Part shown: piece by piece, positions 30,464 to 40,732 of the stretch
Layout of the letters: every line of letters begins with the position of its first letter
Numbering within the stretch: position 1 is the stretch's first letter
Assembly: GCA_965222605.1 (NCBI GenBank)
Contig: OZ244960.1
Coordinates: forward strand, 512,001-576,000
DNA: 64,000 bases
Direction of reading: 5' to 3'
Source of the DNA: Candidatus Latescibacterota bacterium
Lineage (GTDB): Bacteria > Latescibacterota > UBA2968
The notes under the pieces: generated by a model
Seen by the model: the letters and a program-made list of their open reading frames with translations, nothing else
Told to the model about the DNA's origin: nothing
Databases searched by the model: none
Made by a program: the position numbers and the translations under genes

Positions 30464-31939
30464 TTTTTTCGCCATAGCCTCGGCCTCTGCTTTCCGCCCC
30501 GCCCGACCGTAAAGAACCGACAACTGGAGATACAACTCGCGCGGATCTTCTGCTCCTTCAATCACCTGCTCATACAACGCTTTTGCCGCGTCCATATCTC
30601 CCGCCACCGCATGTGCCACACCCAATCGCACAAGCAACCCCGCAGAATACGCAACCTGATCTGCCTTGATCTTATAGGTTGCAATGCACTTATTCAAATG
30701 TCCCGTCTTCGCCTGTGTCTGACTGATCTGATCGTAAATATAGAACGCGGCATAGGCAATCGGATCCATCGCCACAATCCGCTCATACCCCTCCACCACA
30801 TCACGCGACAACCCATCGGCACACAAGAACATATCTGTCCTGTGTCTCAATGCCTCGTCAGATACCATGCTCCCTTCACCCAGCGCAAAAGCCGCATCAT
30901 AAGACCGCCGCGACCGATCTACATCCCCCAATGCCTGATAGGACTGTCCCAGAGCCAAATAGACCAGGGGAACCTCCGGACTAAACCGCCATGGCAAATC
31001 CGGATCTTCTACCAGAGCGACCGCTTCCCGATAAATCTCTATTGCCTTCTCCTGCTGCCCCAATCTCACAAACCTGTCTCCAAAATCCAGCAAGTCGGCT
31101 ATCTTATCAAATCGTACGGGCAACACATACTGATCTCGAACCGCGTGCCGGTGGCGCTCGTCAAAAAACTTAAACGTCTCCCACGCGTGTCGCGCCGACA
31201 GAGAATCGCCCGATACCTGATAAGCCTGTGCCAGTCCATAATGACCTTTGGGATCTTCAAAATCAATTTTTGTCGCCCGTTTGTACGCAGATATAGCAGA
31301 CGCATACTTGCCATGCATCATCATGAGTTGTCCGATTTCTAAATGTGCCTCTTTGCGATCTGAAAACATCTGGACGGCCTTTTGAAATGCCTCCAGCGCC
31401 TCGTCGTAACGCGCTTGCCTGACCAGCGCAAGACCATATCCGTAAACCGCCAGATCGTCCGTTGGATCTCGCTCCAAAACAGCCTGAAACGCCTCTTCCG
31501 CATCGGAATACGCCCCTGCCAATTCAGCCACAAAACCCAGATTTCGGTAAAACATTGTCTCATGGGGTTTTAGCGCGACCGCCTGCCTAAATGCTTCAAT
31601 TGCCGGGCTGTAATTGCGCTGAAAAAAATACACCACTCCAAGATCGTTATGCGCTCCTGCATCCCCTATTTTTAGATGGATGGCCCGCCGCAAATTCTCC
31701 CCGGCCTCTTGCAGATCGCCCTGCCGCGTCACAATTTGAAGCCATCCCAAAAATCGGTACGCATCCGCCGCTGTCGAATCGGCTGCGATCACATCCTCGC
31801 ACCGCACCATTGCCCCGTAATAATTGCCCTTGATAATATCGACCAGCACCGAGTCCATCTGTGATGGCTCAACTGCACCGACATTTGGGACAAACAGCAT
31901 CCACACCATTAGCCAATAACCAAATCTTTTCAAAATCAC
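30440..31939 (-). CDS. Secreted TPR-repeat protein
   Basis: GTG 31939 after GGAGG; signal peptide; multiple AHNDLG/YRNLG-type TPRs. Confidence 0.85.
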   Translation of the reverse strand: MILKRFGYWLMVWMLFVPNVGAVEPSQMDSVLVDIIKGNYYGAMVRCEDVIAADSTAADAYRFLGWLQIVTRQGDLQEAGENLRRAIHLKIGDAGAHNDLGVVYFFQRNYSPAIEAFRQAVALKPHETMFYRNLGFVAELAGAYSDAEEAFQAVLERDPTDDLAVYGYGLALVRQARYDEALEAFQKAVQMFSDRKEAHLEIGQLMMMHGKYASAISAYKRATKIDFEDPKGHYGLAQAYQVSGDSLSARHAWETFKFFDERHRHAVRDQYVLPVRFDKIADLLDFGDRFVRLGQQEKAIEIYREAVALVEDPDLPWRFSPEVPLVYLALGQSYQALGDVDRSRRSYDAAFALGEGSMVSDEALRHRTDMFLCADGLSRDVVEGYERIVAMDPIAYAAFYIYDQISQTQAKTGHLNKCIATYKIKADQVAYSAGLLVRLGVAHAVAGDMDAAKALYEQVIEGAEDPRELYLQLSVLYGRAGRKAEAEAMAKKATTDEHR

Positions 31940-31947
31940 TAACCTCC

Positions 31948-33903
31948 TCAATACAAATGAATCCAATGCCCCCGGCCCATAAACCACAAAACATCCACCG
32001 CAAACGACACCCCAACCCCCAGCGAATATCCCGAAAGCAATCCCGTAAACAACGGACGATACCGCCGATAAAGCGTCACACCACCAATTTTCACAATCAA
32101 AAACTTACACGCCCAGGCAATAAAAATAGACCACGTCGATTTCGTGGCACGGCCACTCCCGCCCACTGCAAACCCAATCGGATGCAACGGCCACCAGGGC
32201 AAGCGGTAGCGCAACACCGTCAACACCGTCATGCCCACCACACCAACCCCGAAAAATATGAGACGAGAAGACGCTGGTCCCTGAGGGCTTTGCATCATAG
32301 TTACAGCCCGCGTAAACACGCTATCGCGGCCATAGCGAAATGGAAACCCTCCAAAATTATACGCGCCCTGTTCATAGCCCCATCCCAGACTCAAATAAAT
32401 ACACAAGGGAATACCCACCAGCAGCGCCAGCCCCATACTCTTGCCCAGTCGCCTCTGATCGGTACCGGCAAGATCTCCCATCTTCGCACTATTAGCCAGA
32501 GACGACATAAACAGGCCCTTGCCGTGAAAAAACAGCCCCTCTGTAAATGCCAGCGTCGTAATCGTCCCGCCCGCCATAGATGCCGACCCCAAACAATTGG
32601 TCACCAATATCTGCGGACTTACCCCCCATGCCAGATAGAGCAAACCACTTTCACACACCACCTTTGCCAGCCCCAAGCACACCCCGTAGAGCGCGAGCAA
32701 AAACAAACCGCCGATATACCACTCGATCCCGGCCATACACAGCCATAGCAAACAAAATCCCGACCCCAGAATCACGCCCAATACAGTCGTGCGATAAGAT
32801 AACATTTCACCCGAATCATCCACCCCGTACTTCGTATTGATCGCTTTCCTCACCACATCCCGCAGATGATGCCGCGCCGTCCACAATGCCCACCAGACCA
32901 GCGCGAACAATGCCCCCAGATTTTCCCATGCACTCGCCGCACCTGTTCCCGGACCCAAATCCAGACCAATGCGATTGAAAATCCCGTTCTGTGTCCAATA
33001 AACCAGATAAAAAAACCAGAGACTAAACAACACATCCAGATTGGCAAAATAACCAAACCCGATAATGTACAAATTGACGCGGTTGGTCATCGCGGGAAAC
33101 CCGTCAATAAATACCAGATCTTTGCGCCCAAAATAATTGATGCGGGGCCAGGCATCCCAAAAATACCACACAAAATTCCAGGCCAAAAGCCCGAATCCAA
33201 GAGCAAACCCGATCCAAAACAGCTTGTTCCGCATCAGGCCAGACCATATCTCCTCAGCACCGTCATCGACAATCAGATCGGACACCGGTGAAATCAGGGG
33301 ATAAACCAGACGCTCGTTTTCCCCCCATTGCTTTCTGAGCATCACCGCCATACACAGCAGCACAAAAGTCAGCACCCCTATCAGACACATCCACCAGAAT
33401 AACGGCATAATCCAGACCGACCACGGCACTGAGCCTGAGGGCAACCCCTCAAAAAACCCCTGCATTGCGCCGCGCTCATTCAACGGTGCCAACCACGAAG
33501 GGATAGTCGGATGCAACAGGGCTTCCCATTGATTCTCTGGCGAAGCAAAATAATAAGGCGCTGCCAGCACACCCAGGAAAAACCCCAAAAGACCACTACC
33601 GGGGATATGCGCCCCAATCAATCCCATTGCAACAACAGTCAAAAGCTCTGAACGCGAGAGCATATACCCCGGATAAATCCATTTCAAAAGCGGGTTCAAA
33701 CCCAGGACTACAACCACAAACCACATGAAAAAACCCACGGGGAAGTGACTCACGTTCATAGACGATGACCGCGCCACCGGCTCGGAAAATGTAATCACCG
33801 CGACTTCGGCACAAACCAGCACAATGCCCAGCAACACAGCGCGGGCGGTCACGCCCCGTCCGGCAGACTGAATCGCAACAGGTGTCTCAAAAGCCAGGCT
33901 CAT
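31948..33903 (-). CDS. DUF6785/DUF6784-type polytopic membrane protein, second paralogue
   Basis: RKQWGENERLVYPL, KVVCESG, WWPLHPIG; clearly homologous to the 22205 gene. Confidence 0.75.
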   Translation of the reverse strand: MSLAFETPVAIQSAGRGVTARAVLLGIVLVCAEVAVITFSEPVARSSSMNVSHFPVGFFMWFVVVVLGLNPLLKWIYPGYMLSRSELLTVVAMGLIGAHIPGSGLLGFFLGVLAAPYYFASPENQWEALLHPTIPSWLAPLNERGAMQGFFEGLPSGSVPWSVWIMPLFWWMCLIGVLTFVLLCMAVMLRKQWGENERLVYPLISPVSDLIVDDGAEEIWSGLMRNKLFWIGFALGFGLLAWNFVWYFWDAWPRINYFGRKDLVFIDGFPAMTNRVNLYIIGFGYFANLDVLFSLWFFYLVYWTQNGIFNRIGLDLGPGTGAASAWENLGALFALVWWALWTARHHLRDVVRKAINTKYGVDDSGEMLSYRTTVLGVILGSGFCLLWLCMAGIEWYIGGLFLLALYGVCLGLAKVVCESGLLYLAWGVSPQILVTNCLGSASMAGGTITTLAFTEGLFFHGKGLFMSSLANSAKMGDLAGTDQRRLGKSMGLALLVGIPLCIYLSLGWGYEQGAYNFGGFPFRYGRDSVFTRAVTMMQSPQGPASSRLIFFGVGVVGMTVLTVLRYRLPWWPLHPIGFAVGGSGRATKSTWSIFIAWACKFLIVKIGGVTLYRRYRPLFTGLLSGYSLGVGVSFAVDVLWFMGRGHWIHLY

Positions 33904-34811
33904 TATTCCTTCTCCAGCTTATCCAGTTTTCGACTAAAAATCAACTCAATCTGTGCTTTGATATCATCAATAGGCTTTGGATCGCCTGCCATACGCACCT
34001 GCGGCCAGCCCAGGCCGATCTTCATATTGTGGGAAAGCACAAGCCCGCGGTCGATATCAATCTCCCACTCGGCATTCCCCGACCCCGTGCCGTCAATCAC
34101 CAGCGACAACACTTCAATATGCAACCAAATTCGGTAATGCACCTCGCGTTCCTCTTCAATCTCCACCACCCGGTATCCCTTTTGCTTTTTGACCTTCTTC
34201 AACTTATAGGTGCTGGTAAACTGCACGAGCGATGGCTCAAACCCGGCATCGAAATCGTAAAACGGCACCTCAATGCGCTGTTCGCCCTCCCAGGTATCCC
34301 CGACCGACACCGCTTGATCGGGCAGCACTGGCGCGAGACTGGGCATCCAGACCTGGCGCAAATCCGTAATCATATCCTTGCGCTCGGCCTTATATGCCGA
34401 AAAATCGGGATCAAACTCGACCACCTGTCCCCCGGGCGCAATCCTCCAGACAAACGAAAGATCATTCAACAAATCCAGAGTATAGGGGAATTGCTCATAG
34501 GTCAACCGTTCACCCGACAACGTGGCCTGACTGCCGCCCTTATCTACTTTAGCCATCACTTTCGCGCTATCGCCCCCTTCGACCACCATCTCTCGGCTTC
34601 GCCATTCCCCATAACCTTGCACTCCAAACGTGCCCTCTCTCAGAATTATCTCGGCCTTATCGCTAAAATACTCCAGGCGATACTTGTTTTTATAGCGCAC
34701 TACTCGCCCTTCGGGATACTGCAACTTCAACATCACCTGATCCGTAGCATACACCTCCAGAACGCCAACCAGCATCCCCATCGCACACAGAATCCATCTC
34801 AAAATCTTCAC
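33903..34811 (-). CDS. Secreted hypothetical protein (possibly DUF6263-like)
   Basis: Signal peptide, RBS AGGAGG, LPDQAVSVGDTW motif; translationally coupled to neighbours. Confidence 0.7.
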   Translation of the reverse strand: MKILRWILCAMGMLVGVLEVYATDQVMLKLQYPEGRVVRYKNKYRLEYFSDKAEIILREGTFGVQGYGEWRSREMVVEGGDSAKVMAKVDKGGSQATLSGERLTYEQFPYTLDLLNDLSFVWRIAPGGQVVEFDPDFSAYKAERKDMITDLRQVWMPSLAPVLPDQAVSVGDTWEGEQRIEVPFYDFDAGFEPSLVQFTSTYKLKKVKKQKGYRVVEIEEEREVHYRIWLHIEVLSLVIDGTGSGNAEWEIDIDRGLVLSHNMKIGLGWPQVRMAGDPKPIDDIKAQIELIFSRKLDKLEKE

Positions 34812-34822
34812 AGCGTCCTCCT

Positions 34823-37039
34823 TTATCCATCCGGCCTCTGCCTTCTTTCTTGGATCAACACTTCCAACTCTCGCACAGCATTCACATCTCTCGTGATTTT
34901 CCGGTACCCATCCAACGCCGCCGCCGCATCCTCCTCCCGCCCGGTCTCTGCACAGACCAATGCCAAATTGTGATAAGGTACAGCATAATTGGGATCCGAT
35001 TCAATGGCTTTTCGGTACCAATAAATTGCCGCATCCAGAGAATCCCGAATAGTATATGTATCTCCCAGATCGGTATAATCCCGGGCTGTGCCGGGTCGGG
35101 TTCTGAACCGATTCACAATATCTGCCTCCCACAACTCGCACGCTCGGTGCAAAGGCGCGACCAGGATCGAATCTCTTGCCGCTGCTTCCCGCCACATTTT
35201 TACCGCCTCCGAGAATTGCTTGTTCCTGATAAACACGGTACCAAGCCCCGCATAAGCATCTGGCATTTCGGGCCAGACCTTCAGAGCCTGCCGGAACGCA
35301 ATCTCCCCAGACCGATCATCACCCTGTTGCAATGCATCAATGCCCACCTGCACCTGTGCCTCTGGGTCGTCGGCAAGAAGGTCTGTCACCATTGTTCGAT
35401 ATTCCGTCAGAGCCTTCGATAGCTTATCCCTGCGCGATAGATTCACACCCTCCAGCATCGAAGCCGCCCTTATACGCACCAATCGCGAAGGATCATCCAA
35501 CCGATCAATCACAGCCTCAATACCCGCATCTCTTCCCTGAACCATCAATCCCTCTATCGCCCGGGTGCGTACCATCGAATGTAGATCGTCCAGAGCGTCT
35601 ATCAAAGCCTTTTCAGCCCTATCATCTGCCTGCCTGCCCAGTAATACGGCTGCCGAAGCCCGCAACACCATGCTCTGGTCTTTCGAAAGCGCGATCAAAC
35701 CATCCAGAGCCTTTGGGTCCCCCACTCGTCCCAGAACAATTGCTTCGGCCTGAGCCACTTCATCTTCCTGTGAACCCCACCACGTCTTTACCCAGCTTGC
35801 CGCCCAGTTGGGGGTTTGATCGCTATGGCACCCGTTACACGCATTTGGAATGCCAAACCGAACCGTATTTTCCGGTACCGGCGACAGGATGCGGTGATCG
35901 TATATCCCAATGCGCTTCACTTCTTCTACAGGTGGCATATGGCAATCCACACACCCGACCGTCTTGTGATTGCTATGCCTTTCAACAGGCTCTCCCACAT
36001 CTATCCTGTGACAGTTCAAGCACACCCGATCATAGGTTGCAGCGCGGGTCTCGCCTTCCGCTCTCACAGGACCCAGATGGTGAGAATCGTGGCAACCTGC
36101 GCACGTCAGATGCCCCACCGTATAACACGAACTCATCAAAAAAGCCAGAGTGTTGTAGTTCAGCGCGCGGTAGCGTCCATCTGCCCAGAACTTTTCGCTG
36201 TCCAGCACTTCCAATTCGTAAAAGTCGTAAAACGGATCGCCCGGCTGATAGCCCTCCTTGATAATCCGCTTGTGCGCGTGGCACTGCGCGCAGACTTCTA
36301 CTGACTGTTCCGAACTCAAAAATTGCAAATTTACCAGTATCGTATCCCGCGCTGGCACCTGGTCCGGCAACGCTTTCCAAAATGCCACATGTTGGCCTCC
36401 AGGTCCGTGGCAGGTTTCGCAATTGATGCTCAAATCTGTCCAGCGCGTCGCGTAGGTTCCCGTCTCTGGATCGTAATTTTTTACAATCTGGCTGGCGTGA
36501 CAGTCGTGACACTGAAAATTCCAGTTCCGCCCAAAATTCGTCCAATAATTGACATCGCCCGGCGCAAAGCCCTGCGGGTGGTCGAACAACCCTTCCACTG
36601 GATCGAACCACGTCTGCTCCCGAACATCCCAATAGACCGGCAGCACCTGAATGCGTCCCCCCTCAAGCGTGGTCAAATACCACTGCGTATCCCGGTCTCC
36701 GATTGCGTATTCGACGGGATAGACCCCCCGCTTCCCGTTCGCGCCATCCGTCTCCATAAAATAGGTCCCGTCCCGCACAAACATACGAGAAGTCATTCCC
36801 CCATAAGTATATGTATTGTTCTGCGTAAAATCTCCCCGTACAGTTTCGATCGAAGGCACCTGCATTGATCGCCGATGCAACGACCCATGCCATTCTTTAT
36901 AAGAATCCAGATGACACGTTGCACACGCCTCTGCACCCGTATATATCGCTTTGGATGTTACTGACTGTGGCGCATCCTTCGCACATCCACATACCATCAC
37001 CAAAAAGAGAAGAGTCCTCTGGATCATTGCAAGCATCAC
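34823..37039 (-). CDS. Multiheme cytochrome c lipoprotein with HEAT and TPR repeats
   Basis: Eight CxxCH (CATCH, CHDCH, CETCH, CAQCH, CAGCH, CLNCH, CVDCH, CNGCH); lipobox VCGC; HEAT and TPR C-terminus. Confidence 0.9.
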   Translation of the reverse strand: MMLAMIQRTLLFLVMVCGCAKDAPQSVTSKAIYTGAEACATCHLDSYKEWHGSLHRRSMQVPSIETVRGDFTQNNTYTYGGMTSRMFVRDGTYFMETDGANGKRGVYPVEYAIGDRDTQWYLTTLEGGRIQVLPVYWDVREQTWFDPVEGLFDHPQGFAPGDVNYWTNFGRNWNFQCHDCHASQIVKNYDPETGTYATRWTDLSINCETCHGPGGQHVAFWKALPDQVPARDTILVNLQFLSSEQSVEVCAQCHAHKRIIKEGYQPGDPFYDFYELEVLDSEKFWADGRYRALNYNTLAFLMSSCYTVGHLTCAGCHDSHHLGPVRAEGETRAATYDRVCLNCHRIDVGEPVERHSNHKTVGCVDCHMPPVEEVKRIGIYDHRILSPVPENTVRFGIPNACNGCHSDQTPNWAASWVKTWWGSQEDEVAQAEAIVLGRVGDPKALDGLIALSKDQSMVLRASAAVLLGRQADDRAEKALIDALDDLHSMVRTRAIEGLMVQGRDAGIEAVIDRLDDPSRLVRIRAASMLEGVNLSRRDKLSKALTEYRTMVTDLLADDPEAQVQVGIDALQQGDDRSGEIAFRQALKVWPEMPDAYAGLGTVFIRNKQFSEAVKMWREAAARDSILVAPLHRACELWEADIVNRFRTRPGTARDYTDLGDTYTIRDSLDAAIYWYRKAIESDPNYAVPYHNLALVCAETGREEDAAAALDGYRKITRDVNAVRELEVLIQERRQRPDG

Positions 37040-37100
37040 AACCGTCCCTATACTCTAAACGGCCCAAAAATTCGCCATACAGGCTATCTGACGAATTTTT

Positions 37101-37985
37101 CTATCTTTCCAAAAAAGTCTCAGACCATTTCGGCTCATAGTCGCTCTCGAACAACCAGTCAAAATTCTCGGGCACAATATGGGCGCGCTCGGGACGCAAC
37201 TTCTCTCGCAGCCGGGGAAAAAACGCCATTACCCCATCCCGCTGAATCTTCGGCAACCCGCAGGACACGCCCGTAGCGATCCATGACGTGCCCATCGCCT
37301 TGCGTGGCACCTTATCCTCATTCTGCCAGGCAGAATGCAATCCCGCACTGCACAAAACCAGAATCTGTCCTCGACGCGCAACAGCCGGAACCGGTTCCTG
37401 CTCCAGCCAGGGCGTATCAACCAGCTCGGGCACATGCTCGGGATAAGCCGACGCAGTATCCGACGGCTCTGGACGCAACCCGTGGACGCGGGGCAACATC
37501 GCCTTGTGCTCTGGTGTCAAAACCCGGCTCCAGTGTTCCATAATCGGACGATGACTACCCGGCAGAATGCGCATAGCCCCTCGATGATCGGGCACATCAT
37601 TGAGCCAGAACCACAACTCAGCGCGCATCCGTCGGGGCGTCGCCTGAAAATCATCCCATGTCGCCTGGATATCGACGTGGCATCCATTTCCCCATTGCTC
37701 GCGAACACTCGCAAAAGGTGCATTACTCGGTGCGCGCTCGTGGGGTGTCAACCCCCACCACAGATGTACGGACTCAGCCCGCAACACCTTCTTCGCGACC
37801 TCCTCAAAATAGGGATGCTGGACGACATCGACATAATCCGGATCTTCATAAGGCGGACGCCCGCTCGCCTTCAACCGATCCCAGGACGCTTCGGCGCGGT
37901 CCAACTCCTCGGTCGTAAAGGGACTGTCAATCGCAACCGCCCCTTCCTCCTCGTATTGTCTCATTTGTGCATCGGTAAATAGCAT
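37101..37985 (-). CDS. Phytanoyl-CoA dioxygenase (PhyH)-family Fe/2OG enzyme
   Basis: YEEEG, HVD, GAMRILPGSH, LHSAWQN...R. Confidence 0.8.
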   Translation of the reverse strand: MLFTDAQMRQYEEEGAVAIDSPFTTEELDRAEASWDRLKASGRPPYEDPDYVDVVQHPYFEEVAKKVLRAESVHLWWGLTPHERAPSNAPFASVREQWGNGCHVDIQATWDDFQATPRRMRAELWFWLNDVPDHRGAMRILPGSHRPIMEHWSRVLTPEHKAMLPRVHGLRPEPSDTASAYPEHVPELVDTPWLEQEPVPAVARRGQILVLCSAGLHSAWQNEDKVPRKAMGTSWIATGVSCGLPKIQRDGVMAFFPRLREKLRPERAHIVPENFDWLFESDYEPKWSETFLER

Positions 37986-38194
37986 ATGGTTTTCTCCCTC
38001 CGTTGCAGCAAAAATCATTCGAATCAGACGATCCTTGCCTGAATGAGCTTGTTTTCTTTTTCAGTTTATCGCCTCTCAGCCCAAAATTCAAGCCAAATAC
38101 CACGAGCTATACCTTGTGTGGGACAAGCCAATAGTCTATATTTCTAATAGCTCTTATTCTCAAAACTTTAGCATTTTTTGTGAAAGGCCTCTCG

Positions 38195-40663
38195 ATGAAC
38201 ACAGCCCTCAAATGTGTTGCACCCGCCCTGCTCTGTTTCTTGCTCTCTGCAACGCTTGCCGCTCAGGAAGCCCAGATTGACTCTCTCATTGCCCAGGGAC
38301 AGGCTGCCTTTGAAGCCAACAAAAAAGACCAGGCCATCAAAGCACTCACAGCAGCCATCAAACAGAATCCCGATAACATCCAGACCTACCTCGCCGTTGC
38401 CCGCATATACATCAAGGCGGAGTATCTGAACCACGCGATGAAGGCATTCAAAGAAGCCCTCAAACTCAATGATGCCTCGCCAGAAGCCCAGACCGGCATT
38501 GCAGAGATCTACTATAAAAAAGCCTCTGGCGGGATCATGGCTGTTTACCATGCCCGCAAAGCTGTCAGCGCGGCCCGGCGCGCCACCCGACTCGACCCCA
38601 CCTACGCGTCCGCCTACGTCCTCCTCGGTCGCGCTTATATCCGCCTGAATGAGAACCACACGGCTGCCTCGCGGGCTTTTGCACAGGCATTGACACACCA
38701 GCCCGACAATCCCGAAATCGCCTACCTCCTGGGCACTTCCTATATTGAACTGCGCCGCAATGCCGAAGGTCGTCAGCGCGACAGCCAGATGATCCTGAAC
38801 GAATCCACCCTCAAAAACCTCGGACACCACCTCGAAAATGCTCGCTTCCTCCCCATCGCCGCGCAGATACTCTTCGATAAAGGAGAGCCGGAAAAAGCCC
38901 TCAATATCTTTGAGCAATTCATCGCCACCCTGCCTGAAACAGAACGGGCCTACTACGACGACATCGCCAGGGTGGGAACCAAAGAAGAAATCAAAACCTA
39001 CGAAGCAACCCCCGAAGCGGAACGCCCCGCCTTCCTCGAACAATTCTGGGCCAAGCGCGATTTCGATTTGCTCACCGAAGTCAACGAACGCCTTATCGAG
39101 CACTACCGCAGGGTGTGGTATGCGCGAAACCACTTCGCCGAAGCCAAAACACCCTGGGATGCGCGGGGAGACATCTATATCCGCTACGGCGACCCCGACT
39201 ACCGCGCGCGTTCTGGCAGGGCCAACCCCGAAATCACGCCCGCCGTAGAACAGGTCAAAGAACGTCTCGCCCTGGCCCTCTATGGTCCCGAAGCGATGGA
39301 CGAAGTTTTTACCGGGCCGGTCTATCCCATCCGTTCCAACCAGTCTTTTGTGGGCGAACTCGATCCCGCGGCTCTCGCACGCACCGATGAAGGCGGCAAT
39401 ATTCTCGTACCCCCCGGCACATTTGAAGGCAACCAGGACGAATTCGTCCTCACAGAAGCTCTTGGGGCAGATGGGGAGGCAAGCGGTGAAGTCGGAGAAA
39501 TTGGGCAGTTGGCCCTCGACGAATACCAGCGGCGGCAGATGCGCCCCGAAAACCAGCACCACTTCTTGCCCGTCACCTCACGAGGCGACATGACCATTGT
39601 GTCCTGGGAAACCTGGGTCTATACCCACATCGGAGAAGGCATCGAAATCACCTTTACCAACGAGTTGGGCAGCGGTGTTTACAGCTACGCACCACTCCCC
39701 GACTTTCCCCACGAAGAAACCACCATTGGCCTTCACCGGTACTCACTCCTCGCGTATTACGCCCCCGAGGCCATCGCCAACCGCACGGTCAGCGAAGTCC
39801 CCGACTTTTACACGCCCGGCGGCCCCATGTCAGGGCTTGGCTTTCACTATGACTTTGCAGACTTTCGCGGGTCAGATGGCACCACCCGCCTGGAAATCTA
39901 CTACGGCATCGATCCCATAGAAATGGGCACCTTTGCTTCGGGCGACACCTCCACAATTGTCGCTGACTGCGCCGTCATCCTGGCCGACACCTCCTACACG
40001 AACGTTTACCGCTCACAAGACGCCATCTTTTACCGGTCTATCGGCCACCGCATGTGGCCCGAAGGCTCCTTCATCCCCACCCTCATCCCAATCGATGTTC
40101 CCCCCGGCAACTACCTGCTCACAGTACAGGTCAACGACCGCGCTGCCGAACGCAAAGGTATTTATCGCCATCAAGTACACGTTGAGCCTTATCAATCCAA
40201 CGCCTTGCAACTCAGCGACATCCAGCTAAGCTGGAACATCTCGGAAAACCCGGGTGACGAAAAATTCCGCAAAGGCGACGTCTGGGTCGTGCCTATGATC
40301 TCCCGCGCCTATCAGAAAGACCAGAGCGCGTATGCCTATTACGAACTCTACAACCTCACCCGAAACGAATTTGGGCAAACCCGCTATCGCGTCACCTATA
40401 CCATTACCGTGGAAGATCCAATACGCCCCTTCAATCTGGTCCGCAGCAGCGTTGGTGCGCTTGCCAGGATATTTCAGCGGCAGGACAGAACGCAGGTCAA
40501 AGTCAGCTTCGACCAGACCGGCAACGAACAATCTATCGCCGGGTATTTTGAACTCAGCTTGAAAAAAGTCAAAGCCGGTTACAACCGCCTCACCGTCACA
40601 GTCGAAGACCTCAACAACGGACAAAAAGCCGCCAAAGAAATCCAGTTCAGATATAAAAAATAG
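38195..40663 (+). CDS. TPR + GWxTD-domain exported protein (copy A)
   Basis: Signal peptide, TPRs, FW..RD...NE...EHYRRV.YA...F...WDARGDIYIRYGDPD, LQLSDI. Confidence 0.88.
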   Translation: MNTALKCVAPALLCFLLSATLAAQEAQIDSLIAQGQAAFEANKKDQAIKALTAAIKQNPDNIQTYLAVARIYIKAEYLNHAMKAFKEALKLNDASPEAQTGIAEIYYKKASGGIMAVYHARKAVSAARRATRLDPTYASAYVLLGRAYIRLNENHTAASRAFAQALTHQPDNPEIAYLLGTSYIELRRNAEGRQRDSQMILNESTLKNLGHHLENARFLPIAAQILFDKGEPEKALNIFEQFIATLPETERAYYDDIARVGTKEEIKTYEATPEAERPAFLEQFWAKRDFDLLTEVNERLIEHYRRVWYARNHFAEAKTPWDARGDIYIRYGDPDYRARSGRANPEITPAVEQVKERLALALYGPEAMDEVFTGPVYPIRSNQSFVGELDPAALARTDEGGNILVPPGTFEGNQDEFVLTEALGADGEASGEVGEIGQLALDEYQRRQMRPENQHHFLPVTSRGDMTIVSWETWVYTHIGEGIEITFTNELGSGVYSYAPLPDFPHEETTIGLHRYSLLAYYAPEAIANRTVSEVPDFYTPGGPMSGLGFHYDFADFRGSDGTTRLEIYYGIDPIEMGTFASGDTSTIVADCAVILADTSYTNVYRSQDAIFYRSIGHRMWPEGSFIPTLIPIDVPPGNYLLTVQVNDRAAERKGIYRHQVHVEPYQSNALQLSDIQLSWNISENPGDEKFRKGDVWVVPMISRAYQKDQSAYAYYELYNLTRNEFGQTRYRVTYTITVEDPIRPFNLVRSSVGALARIFQRQDRTQVKVSFDQTGNEQSIAGYFELSLKKVKAGYNRLTVTVEDLNNGQKAAKEIQFRYKK

Positions 40664-40680
40664 AGAGATGGCAAAATCAA

Positions 40681-40713
40681 AAAAAGGCGACCGAAAAACT
40701 CGGTCGCCTTTTT
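40681..40713. terminator. Bidirectional intrinsic terminator
   Basis: AAAAAGGCGACCGA-aaaac-TCGGTCGCCTTTTT between convergent genes. Confidence 0.88.
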
Positions 40714-40732
40714 ACATGCTCAACACAACGAG

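Noticed and set aside
38168-39562. Long antisense ORFs (also 4350-5288, 15531-16439, 33882-34973, 42219-43877, 45151-46065, 58865-59959)
   Set aside because: Shadow frames opposite well-supported genes; no motifs
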